DNA of 37,855 nucleotides from positions 1 to 37,855 of the IMG/VR virus record IMGVR_UViG_3300020045_012128. One strand, given 5' to 3'. The position numbers and the translations under genes are program-made. Numbering within the stretch: position 1 is the stretch's first letter; each line of letters starts with the position of its first letter. Below, in pieces: positions 8,546-18,629 of the stretch. This stretch comes from a virus. Its lineage: Duplodnaviria; Caudoviricetes. The notes under the pieces were generated by a model, which was not told where the DNA came from, did no database searches, and saw nothing but the letters and a program-made list of their open reading frames with translations.

Positions 8546-9972
8546 TATACTATTGTTACCTTTGCCACATCACTTACAGCTACTTGAGATGCACCTACTG
8601 TTACGTTAGCACTAGCTAGAATTGGAGGTGTTTCAACTAATGAACCTCCTATTTGAATAACTGCTGCTGTAATTCCCGGCACGCTATAAACGGATTGATA
8701 AAGGGATTGGTAAACAACGTCTTCGCCCACTTCTAAGTTCATTATTTGCTTGACAACCGCCGCTTTTATTACATCATCACCATTGATAGGATACAAACTT
8801 ACATCTTTAGTTAATGTAATACTTGCATATATATATAGTTTAACCGGTCTAGAAAAATAAACTATGTGAGTCTTACCTGCCGTATCTATAATAGTATTTG
8901 TTACATTACCATAAGTTGCTATACCAGCTGGTTTAGCTCCCCAAATCGTATTAGCTATCAATTGGTTGGTTCCACCTAATACTAATGACTCGAAGCTATG
9001 CGGAGGCAATCCATCAACTGTAGTATCTGTAGAGTTTTCGCTTACTGTAGCAGCTGTTACACCTTCGATATTAAGTATTCTAGCTCTTATAGCATCTACA
9101 GTACCGGCACCAGCTAGTTTTAATGACCTTTCTCTTCTAGATCTTAGTTCATCGTCTATTTCTAGGTTTCTTCCTGTTAATCCCGGTGTGTAGTTATAAA
9201 CTGATATCCAACCGGCTACCGGTGTTTGAATGTTAGTTAAAGTACCTGCAGCTAGTGGTATATCTCCTTTATCGTTAGCAGTAAAAGTACCATAAGAAAA
9301 TATTTCTACAAAAAACATATTCTCATTATGTAATAAGTTTAAAGCTAAATTAGTATTGCTAGTTAATGATAACGTATCATTTATATTACTAGCTGTTGCT
9401 CCTATAGCAGCTGTATTAATACTATCAACTAAAGCGTCTGTAACTGTAGCCTTTACTTCTAGTGGAGCAGCTGTATGGCTATAAATATTACCATTAATAT
9501 TAACTTGATAGATATTACCTTCTACAAAATTAAAATCGATTACTGCACCTTCGCATTGTAAATTACTTAATGTTACATCGTTATCTAACTTAAATACTGT
9601 ATTTACGTTTATAGCAGTTACTTCACTACCTGCGGGTATAACAGTTTGGTTAACTCCACCTAATAAAGCTTCTACTGTAGTAGCAGTCGCCTCAAGTCTC
9701 TTAATACCGATATAAGCAGCTATATTATCTAAACTAAAATCTGTAGCTGTATTGGGATTTAATGAATTATAAACAGCTTCTAAGGCCAACCATTCTTGAG
9801 CCGTAGGCTCAGTGAATACGCCGACAAGTTGGCCAAATACTGACTCCTCATCTATTCTAATAGTACCAAATGCCTCATAGAGCTTTTGTAATATATCTTG
9901 CTTTATAGAGTTGAAGCTTTTAGTATTAAAACCTGTTGCTGTTACTCCATAGGGAGGTAGTGAATCAACCAT
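8545..9972 (-). CDS. Baseplate J/Mu gp47-family protein
   Basis: N-terminal GVT..GF; LD.IA...GI.R; GR..E.D.ELR.R; GLPPHS; IA..IW..KP.GI..YG. Confidence 0.92.
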   Translation of the reverse strand: MVDSLPPYGVTATGFNTKSFNSIKQDILQKLYEAFGTIRIDEESVFGQLVGVFTEPTAQEWLALEAVYNSLNPNTATDFSLDNIAAYIGIKRLEATATTVEALLGGVNQTVIPAGSEVTAINVNTVFKLDNDVTLSNLQCEGAVIDFNFVEGNIYQVNINGNIYSHTAAPLEVKATVTDALVDSINTAAIGATASNINDTLSLTSNTNLALNLLHNENMFFVEIFSYGTFTANDKGDIPLAAGTLTNIQTPVAGWISVYNYTPGLTGRNLEIDDELRSRRERSLKLAGAGTVDAIRARILNIEGVTAATVSENSTDTTVDGLPPHSFESLVLGGTNQLIANTIWGAKPAGIATYGNVTNTIIDTAGKTHIVYFSRPVKLYIYASITLTKDVSLYPINGDDVIKAAVVKQIMNLEVGEDVVYQSLYQSVYSVPGITAAVIQIGGSLVETPPILASANVTVGASQVAVSDVAKVTIV

Positions 9973-10338
9973 TTATATCTCTAATTCTATTACATTTCCG
10001 TCATCATCACGGACTGTAAAATTTATTTTAAGTTTTCTTAATATCGGGTCTTCTTCTATATTAAATTCCAGTATTTCAGCCACTTCGGGTACTGATTGTA
10101 TCTCCCTTAGATAGATGACTTTTATATCTGAAAGGAATTTACCCTTACCCAATATATCGTCGAAGTAAGGTAAGCCTATAGACTCATCTAAAAACCATTC
10201 ACCTTGAAATGTACTTAATCTACGTCTAATTGCTTGTGCTGTATTATTACTTGAATCAGTTAATAATAAGTCACCTTTTACTATTGCTAGATCACCCGTT
10301 GAACTTATTAATAAATCTCTATTAAATGTCTTGCTCAT
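9973..10338 (-). CDS. Baseplate wedge/sheath initiator (gp25/gpW-like)
   Basis: Q.I.RRL.TF.GEWFLD...GLPY motif. Confidence 0.88.
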   Translation of the reverse strand: MSKTFNRDLLISSTGDLAIVKGDLLLTDSSNNTAQAIRRRLSTFQGEWFLDESIGLPYFDDILGKGKFLSDIKVIYLREIQSVPEVAEILEFNIEEDPILRKLKINFTVRDDDGNVIELEI

Positions 10339-11222
10339 GTAGGAGTACCTACGGTAGATGGAGTAACTCCTGTTGGAGAACTACCGGCTATAGGCATACT
10401 ATAAGAGTGAGTATGTGTACCTAATGTTACTGAACCAGACTTAATAGCTCCGGTAGATGTAATACTACCTGTCGTAGTAATATCTCCTGTAATTGTAAGT
10501 TTTCCTGTATGAGTGAAGTTAGTAGCTGATGTTTTTATTTCATTACTAGCCGCTATAATAAGATCTTTACAGTTTAAAGTAGATGTTTCATCAATATTTA
10601 CAGAGGCTGACTTTGCATTTAAACTTAATGAATCACTAATCTTTACAGTAGCAGTCTTGCAATCTGCGCTTAATAGATCTGTAGCTTTAATAATTACATT
10701 CTTAGACTCTATATTAACATTCTCAATAGACTTTACATTCACGCTTTTCGTAGTCAAAATATTAATCTCTCCATTTTTAGCTATATTAATAGTAGATCCG
10801 GCGTAGTTAATAGCTAGATCTTCATTATTCTTAGCTCCGCCAACTTTAGTGAACGGTTGAAGACCCATGATTGCTATAGCATCACTTAAATTATGCATTC
10901 TAGTTGAGTCAGGTTTACCACCAACCCCACCTCTAAGCCATGCTCCCATATCTCTATCTGCAAACATTATAAGGCATGTATCTCCTCTATTTACAGGTAA
11001 CGTGATTGAAGCCCCACCGCTAGAAGTAAAGACGACGGGTACACCATTAACTACAGGATAATCTAACTCCTTACCGTTATTATAAAGCTCTTTCATGCTT
11101 ATTTTAACACTAGCTTTCTGAGTTTTATAATCGTAAGACTCAATAGTAGCCGGCATACAAACACGTAATCCACTAGATATACTAGAGTTCAGCTTTTGTA
11201 CGAAGTTTATTATATCATCCAT
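10335..11222 (-). CDS. Baseplate central spike (phi92 gp138/P2 gpV-like)
   Basis: OB-fold-type N-terminus (VPV.F..GG...TLPV..GD...I.FADR), RMHNLSDA, beta-strand repeats, C-terminal HTH(S) metal-binding tip motif. Confidence 0.9.
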   Translation of the reverse strand: MDDIINFVQKLNSSISSGLRVCMPATIESYDYKTQKASVKISMKELYNNGKELDYPVVNGVPVVFTSSGGASITLPVNRGDTCLIMFADRDMGAWLRGGVGGKPDSTRMHNLSDAIAIMGLQPFTKVGGAKNNEDLAINYAGSTINIAKNGEINILTTKSVNVKSIENVNIESKNVIIKATDLLSADCKTATVKISDSLSLNAKSASVNIDETSTLNCKDLIIAASNEIKTSATNFTHTGKLTITGDITTTGSITSTGAIKSGSVTLGTHTHSYSMPIAGSSPTGVTPSTVGTPT

Positions 11223-11285
11223 AATTAATGAACTTTAGCTTAGATTTTATATTTGTATATAAGAAAGTTAAATTATAGACTATTT

Positions 11286-12113
11286 TTAACGATTTGTAAC
11301 TATAATTTTTGTATACCATTCACTACCTCTAGTATCACCTAGATGGTTAAGTTCTTTAACCACAAAAGTACCATTTAGTACTTTTGATTTAACGTCTATT
11401 AAGTCTCCGGCTTCTAATTGAGGCTGTAGTAGAGCAGTTATTTTATATTCATTCCTATTCATTAAATCTAAGTTTTTAGTTTTAATGATAAGCTCTGGTG
11501 ATTCTATTAATCCTGTTTCAGCTGATAGACTTACGCTTTTATTCTTATTAGATCCATTTTTACGAATAATCATTAATTGATCATTCTGTATTGACCAATT
11601 AAAATTAAATTGCTCTCCTAACTGATCTAATGCATTAGGTATAGATCCAAGATATGAATAACCGTTTTTAAATGTAGCTCCTTGATCATAATCAGCAAAC
11701 TTAACCGGTAACTTAAGATCCTTAGCTATAGAATCAATAACAGATTTTAACGAAGTGTTATCTTTAAACGATAGACTTATATTATTATCTATTATCGAAT
11801 TAAAACCATCCTTAGAATATATTGTACTTATAATATCAGGATTCTGCGGTATATGTATAACATTACTTATATTGCCTTGACCAATACTTATAGCTCCGCC
11901 ATTTTGAATATATCCGGCTTTAATCCTTACTAAACTTGATTGATTGCTTGTGATTTTATTACGTGTTATTTGTGATAAATTAGTAATATCTACACGGCAA
12001 TGATTTTGATTAGAAAAAACACTTTTCTTTATATCGAATTTTATTCGTAAATCTTTTATTTGTATATCAGGTGATATTTCAACAATACATATACGATCAA
12101 AGTACTTCATCAA
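11286..12113 (-). CDS. Baseplate hub protein (T4 gp27/Mu gpP-like)
   Basis: I.FDI.K...ITNLS...AGY, WSIQN..L, TGLI.SP, H.GDTRG.EW motifs; position. Confidence 0.85.
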   Translation of the reverse strand: MMKYFDRICIVEISPDIQIKDLRIKFDIKKSVFSNQNHCRVDITNLSQITRNKITSNQSSLVRIKAGYIQNGGAISIGQGNISNVIHIPQNPDIISTIYSKDGFNSIIDNNISLSFKDNTSLKSVIDSIAKDLKLPVKFADYDQGATFKNGYSYLGSIPNALDQLGEQFNFNWSIQNDQLMIIRKNGSNKNKSVSLSAETGLIESPELIIKTKNLDLMNRNEYKITALLQPQLEAGDLIDVKSKVLNGTFVVKELNHLGDTRGSEWYTKIIVTNR

Positions 12114-12420
12114 ATCCTATAAATATTAATAATATATCAATACCCATGTTTGATTGTGTAATAGGTACAACAATCGGAGTTACGGGAACAGCCATCAAAT
12201 AACCTTGTGGCTTATTTTTAGAATGAACGCTATCTAAGATATCCGTATTTATAATAATTCTTCTATTAGTTACTAATATTTCATTATCTGTAGTAGATAG
12301 ACTAATCGCCCAAGATTCATCCCTAGTATTCCATGTAGCAGACATTATAAAAGGTCTATCACCCAATAATATATCCTGAGTGAAAAAACTTTCTTCTAAT
12401 GGCCAATTTATAACTTGCAT
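12097..12420 (-). CDS. Small baseplate protein (plug-like)
   Basis: Q.I.L......WN.R...W pattern; between the Dit-like and hub genes. Confidence 0.65.
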   Translation of the reverse strand: MQVINWPLEESFFTQDILLGDRPFIMSATWNTRDESWAISLSTTDNEILVTNRRIIINTDILDSVHSKNKPQGYLMAVPVTPIVVPITQSNMGIDILLIFIGFDEVL

Positions 12421-12435
12421 AATATATTATTAGTT

Positions 12436-13119
12436 TTATAAAAATGGTATATAAGTTTTTACAAAATTCTTTGCAATTTTCCCTGCGTTATATAATGCCG
12501 TATTAGCTTTTACAGCTTCATCCTGTGTTACAGGTTTATTAGTCTGTTTACCTAAATTAACTTTGCCATTAACATTATATTTATTATTTAAAGATGTAGT
12601 TCGTGCAACAGTGGCATAAGTGATTTGTTGCAATGTTATTGTAAAATATAATCTATCCCCAGTCTCGCTATTTCTAGGCATACTAATTGACTCAACAGCC
12701 ATATTAGGTAATACATCAAGTTTACTAACTATTGTTACTGTAGATTTACTGCCCGCTAAATCTTTTAAAAACTCATATGCTGCAGTTTGCTTTGCTCCTT
12801 TGCCCTGAAACTTATTGCTAAGGTTAGTAAGAAAATTACCTTTAAATAACGATCCTATCTCTCTAAAATTATCAACTATATTACCTGCTGAATCAGTAAT
12901 GCTACATTCCATAGTGACCCTTAATGGGTTAATATAAATATGGTCGGCAATATAAGCTCCTGATTCAATAGGATGCGTTGTTATATTATTACTATAAGTA
13001 ATAGTCTCAAGATGCGTTCCATCAATAACTAAATCGCCTATTTGACTCTTATTATTAAATAATATCTTTTTGCCTACACCGACAATATTAGATAGTTTTG
13101 CTAATAAATTTATTCCCAT
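12436..13119 (-). CDS. Tail tube initiator/Dit-like baseplate protein
   Basis: IT.HPIESGA.IADH....P...NM.VESI...F.I.LQQI; directly after the TMP. Confidence 0.8.
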   Translation of the reverse strand: MGINLLAKLSNIVGVGKKILFNNKSQIGDLVIDGTHLETITYSNNITTHPIESGAYIADHIYINPLRVTMECSITDSAGNIVDNFREIGSLFKGNFLTNLSNKFQGKGAKQTAAYEFLKDLAGSKSTVTIVSKLDVLPNMAVESISMPRNSETGDRLYFTITLQQITYATVARTTSLNNKYNVNGKVNLGKQTNKPVTQDEAVKANTALYNAGKIAKNFVKTYIPFL

Positions 13120-13120
13120 A

Positions 13121-14743
13121 TTATCTATTGCTCATCCCGTCAATACCACGTAACATATTAAAACTAATTTGCATTTGCATAGCTTCGGTAACTTGAGTAG
13201 CTATAGCTCTTGCTTGTTCAGCCGTAGTTCCTGATGGAACATTTACCGTTACATTCTCAGTAATATATTGGCTTATTTTACTACCGGGGTTATAAGGATT
13301 ACTTGCCATAATACCACTTGTATTAGATGTAGGCAACACTATCGGTCTATCTATATAATCAGAAAAACCTTGGGATGCATTTAATAACTTCTGCTCAAAA
13401 GAAGCAAAATTATTAGATTTTACCTTAGGAGCTACAGTTTGTGCATGATTAACAGCGTGATTATGAACTCCTGTAATAAAACTTTTTGCTTTAGATATAG
13501 TATTAAGTATAGTTTCAAAATTTCCGCTAAACCAATCGCTTAAATCTTCAAACTTTTGCTTAAAATATCCGGTTACGCTATCTACTATATCTTTAAATGA
13601 ACCTTCAAAACCTAACCATTCTTTTAATACGTACCCTATTACAGAATTATTATCTTGTGACCAACCCCAAAGGTCATCAACTAGTAATCCTATAGCAACT
13701 GTTAATGCTCCAACTGCTATAGTAATCCAAGTTACAGGATTAGCTAATAAAGCTATAGTCCAAGCTTTGGTTGCTAATACAGCATCCCATATCCTTCGTG
13801 TGTAGATTACTAGTAATGCCGTTCCGAATACTCTAAGTGCATTCTCTAAACTGCCAAATAAAGTTATAACTATATTTATCGGAGCTATGATTAATTGAAA
13901 TGCTTTAAATAATACTCCTAAAGCAATGCTTAATATATTAATAAATGAAGATATACTTTGAGATATTAATTTTCTATTCTCTCCAAACCAATCTTTGAAG
14001 GCTTTCATCATTCTATTAAAGACAGGCATAAATTTAACAGATATTTCCTTTTTTACGCTGCCTATTATTATTTGAAAGTTTGACCATGACTTTAAAAACT
14101 CCTTAGAGCTCTTAATGCCTTTAGAGTCAATAATGTAACTTATCTTCTCTATTTCTTCACTTTGAGCTCGTATAGCAGCTCCGCCATCCCTAAATAATTT
14201 AGCTAGCTCAATATTATCTGTTCCCAAAACTCTTTGCAAAGCAGCTGCTTTAGCTATAGGGCTTTTGATTGAATCGATCTTTTGGGCTAATTCCTTATAT
14301 AATTGAAATGAAGATTTAATCTTTCCATTATTACCGGTAAATACAATACCTAGACGCATCATTTCCCTTGATGCGTCTGTACTGCCTTGACCTATATCAC
14401 CTAGCTTCTTATGAAATGCATTCATAGAGTCGCTAAGCTCATTGACTCCTAATCCTGTTGATTGAGCTGCTAACTCTATAGTTTGTAACTCTGTTGATGT
14501 TAACCCTAACTTATCGGCTAATTGGTCGACACTCCTTGCAGCTTTTGCCGTATGTACACTTAATAAAGTTAGACCTGTAACTGTTGCTACTAGGCCATAA
14601 AAAGCTTTTTTAGCAAGATTAGTATGGTTAGTTAATGATTGTATATTAGTTTTAGCTTGATATATTAAGCCATTTAATTTTGTTATCTTAGCTTCATCTA
14701 TAAGAAAACCAAATTTAGTAACTATCTCTCTTAAAACACTCAT
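13121..14743 (-). CDS. Tape measure protein (short, 540 aa)
   Basis: LRE..T.FGF..D start, helical Ala-rich body, hydrophobic ANPVTW segment, DDL..W; follows the chaperone. Confidence 0.9.
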   Translation of the reverse strand: MSVLREIVTKFGFLIDEAKITKLNGLIYQAKTNIQSLTNHTNLAKKAFYGLVATVTGLTLLSVHTAKAARSVDQLADKLGLTSTELQTIELAAQSTGLGVNELSDSMNAFHKKLGDIGQGSTDASREMMRLGIVFTGNNGKIKSSFQLYKELAQKIDSIKSPIAKAAALQRVLGTDNIELAKLFRDGGAAIRAQSEEIEKISYIIDSKGIKSSKEFLKSWSNFQIIIGSVKKEISVKFMPVFNRMMKAFKDWFGENRKLISQSISSFINILSIALGVLFKAFQLIIAPINIVITLFGSLENALRVFGTALLVIYTRRIWDAVLATKAWTIALLANPVTWITIAVGALTVAIGLLVDDLWGWSQDNNSVIGYVLKEWLGFEGSFKDIVDSVTGYFKQKFEDLSDWFSGNFETILNTISKAKSFITGVHNHAVNHAQTVAPKVKSNNFASFEQKLLNASQGFSDYIDRPIVLPTSNTSGIMASNPYNPGSKISQYITENVTVNVPSGTTAEQARAIATQVTEAMQMQISFNMLRGIDGMSNR

Positions 14744-14747
14744 AAAA

Positions 14748-15002
14748 CTATCCTTTCTTTAAAGAAGCTTCTCTTTCCATTTGATTTTTAATGTCAGCTT
14801 GCATATCTAATAATGCATTAATCTCAAATAAGTCATTAATTGTTATGCAAGTATCTAACTCAGCCATTGTTACTTTTCCTTCAAAGACGGGTCTATACAT
14901 AAACCATTTCATCTTTAAAGTTTCGTCTAAAGTTCCGTATTCTCTATTGTTTCCATCGGATCTTTGAAAAGGAGTCCAGAGATTTGGTCTATTGGCAAAA
15001 AA
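14748..15002 (-). CDS. -1 frameshift extension of the tail assembly chaperone (gpGT-like; not in ORF track)
   Basis: Slippery T TTT TTG at 15002-14996; the -1 frame is open to TAG 14750-14748 and encodes ...RPVFEGKVTMAELDTCITINDLFEINALLD. Confidence 0.8.
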   Translation of the reverse strand, partial: FFANRPNLWTPFQRSDGNNREYGTLDETLKMKWFMYRPVFEGKVTMAELDTCITINDLFEINALLDMQADIKNQMEREASLKKG

Positions 15003-15358
15003 TCCTGAAAATGTACTTTGATTGATTCAGTTAATGCCCCCATCATTTCTTTAATATTCCCTGTATAGAATTGGTCAAATGTAGAGTCATTAATACCCTT
15101 ACCGTCTCTAGTGGTTTGCGATAATATTTCTAACATCAAATCACCCTTCGGATCATTCTCACGTAATGCTTTCAATATTAATCCTAAACCTTCTCCTAAA
15201 CCACCAGCTCCTGCTCCTGAGGCTGAACTAAAAATACTTTTTAGACCACCACCGACTACAGAACTTAACTTAAGGAATAAAGAGTAGTTATACTTAGCAG
15301 GAAAGGCCATGATCTCATATTCATGGCCATTGATATTTTTCTTTACTTTATCAAGCAT
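14927..15358 (-). CDS. Tail assembly chaperone (gpG-like)
   Basis: Between tube and TMP; contains DF-slippery site near the C-terminus. Confidence 0.85.
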   Translation of the reverse strand: MLDKVKKNINGHEYEIMAFPAKYNYSLFLKLSSVVGGGLKSIFSSASGAGAGGLGEGLGLILKALRENDPKGDLMLEILSQTTRDGKGINDSTFDQFYTGNIKEMMGALTESIKVHFQDFLPIDQISGLLFKDPMETIENTEL

Positions 15359-15803
15359 TCATACCTCCTACAAATACAGCAGCATCTCCCATTAATATAG
15401 TCCAAACTCTATTAGTTGAAGTTGTACCAAGATCTATATTCCCCATACTTAATACTTTTGCAAATGCACTAGATATTAATGTAGGACTGTTATTATCTTT
15501 AATTAATACCGAAAAACTTCCGCCTACACCTACAGCTTTATCTAAATTAGCAAATGTAGATAGAATATCATTAGATGCCGACCCTTGATGTAAAGTTAAA
15601 TTAAACTTTGCATTATAGTTATTATTTTTATAGGTAAATACATTACCGTTTGCGTCATTATCATAATTAAATAAGTCTTCATCAAAAGTTACACTTATTG
15701 ACGTATCTTTCGCTAAACCAGTAACTATGTGACTTATACCCGCTGTTGCCGATACAAGAGTTATAGTTACTTGATTTATATCAAATGATTTATTTTTAGC
15801 CAT
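15351..15803 (-). CDS. Tail tube protein (DUF3277-like)
   Basis: 150 aa; L.Q.S.SN..LS, IKD, R.W motifs; follows the sheath. Confidence 0.85.
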   Translation of the reverse strand: MAKNKSFDINQVTITLVSATAGISHIVTGLAKDTSISVTFDEDLFNYDNDANGNVFTYKNNNYNAKFNLTLHQGSASNDILSTFANLDKAVGVGGSFSVLIKDNNSPTLISSAFAKVLSMGNIDLGTTSTNRVWTILMGDAAVFVGGMNA

Positions 15804-15822
15804 TTTGTTTCCTCTCTTGTAT

Positions 15823-16896
15823 TTATAGTGTTACGTAACCGTTAACAAAGATATGATTAATTGCACCTGTAGCTATAGCTTGGAAGGTCACACCTTTTAG
15901 ATTTCTATTTGATTTATCAGCAAATGAAACAGTTGTAATATCCGGTGTAGTTACTGTATAACTTGATATAACGCCTTTTATCTTGAAGGACTCTAGGACC
16001 GATCTAATACCGTTTTCAATTAATCCAATACCTTGATTTGTATATGGAATTTTCGGAGTATTAGCATAAATATTAAATAACTCTTGTTGCATCGAATACT
16101 CTAATGCATCAATTCCATAGATAATATCGATATACTCACCGGATGCCATCTTACCATTAAAGGTTAGGTTTCTTCCTCCTACCGATGTATAAAAGTTACC
16201 GTTATAGCTATAGATCTTTGTAATAGATGCATCTGTCAATAACCCATCTGCAGCGGTATCTACTCCTAGACCTTTTATAGTTTTCCCAGCCCAATTATAT
16301 GTACCCGGCTCTGTTGGTAATAGTTTACCTAGTAATCCGCCCTGTATATATTGTCTTGTTACATCGGGAGGGGTAGGAACTGGTCTTCTACTATACCAAA
16401 CAGATGTTCTAGATAAATTTGCAACAAATGTTTTACTCATATCCGAATCGTCATCTAAAGCAGAATCTTCTTCTCTTAATATTAATATATTAGACTGACC
16501 ATCCGCTTTTGATGCTTCAATAGCATTAGCTAAAGGCATTACATCTTCGTGGACATCATTAGTAATACACACAGCATAAAAGTCATATATTACTCTCATT
16601 CTGTTGTACGCTTCTAATAATGTTTCACCATTATTCCTTTGTGTAATATATATTTTTTGTATTTGAACATCTTGTATAAAGATGTTCCTTGCCATCTGAT
16701 ACTCTAACGTATCAACAGCGTAACCGCCATTAGGTATATCTCCTACCGCAGTTAATGATGTGAATTCTCCTACTTTAGGTAATACTCCTACGCCAACGGC
16801 TTCACTAATTACTAAAATTGTTCCGAACTCTTTCTGCGTAATACCTAGTGTATTTCTTGATATTTGAATATCAACAATACTATCTATTAAAGCCAT
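15823..16896 (-). CDS. Contractile tail sheath protein (DUF3383-like)
   Basis: IV.I.ISR start; PG...WA.K.I.G; GKMASGEYID...G.D; KIPYT..G; GAI..I.V.G.V end. Confidence 0.9.
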   Translation of the reverse strand: MALIDSIVDIQISRNTLGITQKEFGTILVISEAVGVGVLPKVGEFTSLTAVGDIPNGGYAVDTLEYQMARNIFIQDVQIQKIYITQRNNGETLLEAYNRMRVIYDFYAVCITNDVHEDVMPLANAIEASKADGQSNILILREEDSALDDDSDMSKTFVANLSRTSVWYSRRPVPTPPDVTRQYIQGGLLGKLLPTEPGTYNWAGKTIKGLGVDTAADGLLTDASITKIYSYNGNFYTSVGGRNLTFNGKMASGEYIDIIYGIDALEYSMQQELFNIYANTPKIPYTNQGIGLIENGIRSVLESFKIKGVISSYTVTTPDITTVSFADKSNRNLKGVTFQAIATGAINHIFVNGYVTL

Positions 16897-16903
16897 TTTT
16901 CCT

Positions 16904-17422
16904 CTATTTGTTAATTATAATTTCATCGCCATTTGTCAGATCTGTAATAAATATATGTTCTATTAATCCGACATTACTTGTGACGCTTTGAGTTAAGTAA
17001 AATTCTAACTCTAGAATTGCTCTACTTTCATTTATACCACTTATAGCCGCCGGTATAGCTGATACACCTAACACTGTTTTCGAATAAGCTATATCCCCTT
17101 TAAATATGCTGTAAGCTTGTTCGGTATATAAATAATTTTGTATTTTATTAAGTACTTCTTCGGCTAGATGTAATTGATCCGCATAAGACTCTAAAGTTAC
17201 TATAAATGATTTATTTAGTAACACATTCTGTTGCCCTGCATCGTCAATATCATATTTCATAGCTAAGCTCATATCGCTTAATTTTCCTATAGACATAGTT
17301 ATGAAAGGCTTAGTAGCTCTAGGAGCAGTTGGTTGATTTGCATAAACAACAGTTAATGAAGGCATCTCTAAAATGCTTTCTATAAACTCTCTTAGTAGAT
17401 TATATACTTCGCTAATTAACAT
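16904..17422 (-). CDS. Neck/tail terminator protein
   Basis: ANQ..APR..PFI...E.RA..E motif; precedes the sheath. Confidence 0.75.
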   Translation of the reverse strand: MLISEVYNLLREFIESILEMPSLTVVYANQPTAPRATKPFITMSIGKLSDMSLAMKYDIDDAGQQNVLLNKSFIVTLESYADQLHLAEEVLNKIQNYLYTEQAYSIFKGDIAYSKTVLGVSAIPAAISGINESRAILELEFYLTQSVTSNVGLIEHIFITDLTNGDEIIINK

Positions 17423-17762
17423 CTTTCTCTTCTTTAACTACTACAATTTGATAATGAGAAAGAATTGTCCGATCTCTTATTTCTTTCTTAGTTACAAAAT
17501 ATTTTTTACCATAAAGAGTTACTATATCAGGGTTACTAAGGTCATCTTCTGAAGTAAATAACTCTGTATTTGTATAAAGCACATAAGCTGACTTAGTTCT
17601 GTAACCTTCAGGTAAAGTCTCCATTATAGTAGCTGGAGCAGGTTGTACATCAGCTCTTATAGTAAAAGTAGTAGAAGGAGCATTAAGCCAAACTCCATCT
17701 ACGTAACCACCTAACCCCGGTCTAATTACTTCAACATTAGTTTTAAAGATATCAGGCAACAT
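17412..17762 (-). CDS. Head closure/head-tail joining protein
   Basis: GGYVDG.W...A.VQP...LPEG.R...D.V...HY pattern. Confidence 0.75.
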   Translation of the reverse strand: MLPDIFKTNVEVIRPGLGGYVDGVWLNAPSTTFTIRADVQPAPATIMETLPEGYRTKSAYVLYTNTELFTSEDDLSNPDIVTLYGKKYFVTKKEIRDRTILSHYQIVVVKEEKDVN

Positions 17763-17764
17763 AA

Positions 17765-18265
17765 TTATTCTTCGTCTTTGTTAGCAAATTTATAACTAAT
17801 AGAGTTCCTTAATAATCCCGTATCTATAAGAGGATGATCGCCTACTTTTCCACTTATGGTTTTCTTTTTTATAGTAGATGCAGCGTTAGGTGGCGGTACT
17901 CCATCACTAATAGTCTTTATAATGTCATCTCTAGCTATAATTCCAACTTTTGCAATTGAAGATATAGCCGTATCTCTTCCATCTATTATTGCGTTATAAG
18001 CAGCTTTAATCTCTTTCTTCCAGTAATCTTTTTTATCGGTTGTAGATCTTATAAAAGACCTTTCCGGTATAACTACATTTCTAGATTTACCCGCATTCCT
18101 AGTGCCGAACTCATTAGCTGCTGCATAAGTAACAACAGTTGTCCCATTATTTAGTCTACTTGCATCTCTGCCTTGTACACCTACTTTAACAACTAAACCT
18201 TTAAATTCCTTTAATCTTCTTTCTAGGTCTTTAAAGCCTTTATCTATGTCTTTATAACTCGCCAT
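17765..18265 (-). CDS. Neck/tail-completion protein (start probably ATG 18265 rather than GTG 18286)
   Basis: V.VG...A..NEFG...IPERSF.R...PNA.STI..K...PLIDTG.L..SI.Y. Confidence 0.8.
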   Translation of the reverse strand: MASYKDIDKGFKDLERRLKEFKGLVVKVGVQGRDASRLNNGTTVVTYAAANEFGTRNAGKSRNVVIPERSFIRSTTDKKDYWKKEIKAAYNAIIDGRDTAISSIAKVGIIARDDIIKTISDGVPPPNAASTIKKKTISGKVGDHPLIDTGLLRNSISYKFANKDEE

Positions 18266-18629
18266 ATATTGACGTCCTACAAACACAATTTACTCTAGTT
18301 CTCATAGCAACCAAACACCCACGTCTCAAGCGATCAAACTCTTCACCGAATGAAGTATTTGATAGACCTGTGCTCTCTAAATATCCTTTTTTATTTACAT
18401 AGGTAACGGTAACTTCACCTTCTGTAATAGAGGCTATAGACCCTGTAGCTCCACCACCTCTTCTACCCATAGTTAATATATGTGCAGCAAGATAAGCGAC
18501 TAATAATGGCCGCTTATCTCCGCACAAATTCGGAGCTATTTGCATATCTGCTACAGTAATTGCCCCTGAAGTATCAATACCATCGAACTCAGGTGCTATA
18601 TCAGCTAATAGCTCCGCAGGTGTAGACAT
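18252..18629 (-). CDS. Head-tail adaptor (DUF4054-like)
   Basis: APEF...YLAAH.L...S.TEG.V.V.Y...T.FG.EF..L; follows the MCP. Confidence 0.8.
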   Translation of the reverse strand: MSTPAELLADIAPEFDGIDTSGAITVADMQIAPNLCGDKRPLLVAYLAAHILTMGRRGGGATGSIASITEGEVTVTYVNKKGYLESTGLSNTSFGEEFDRLRRGCLVAMRTRVNCVCRTSIYGEL

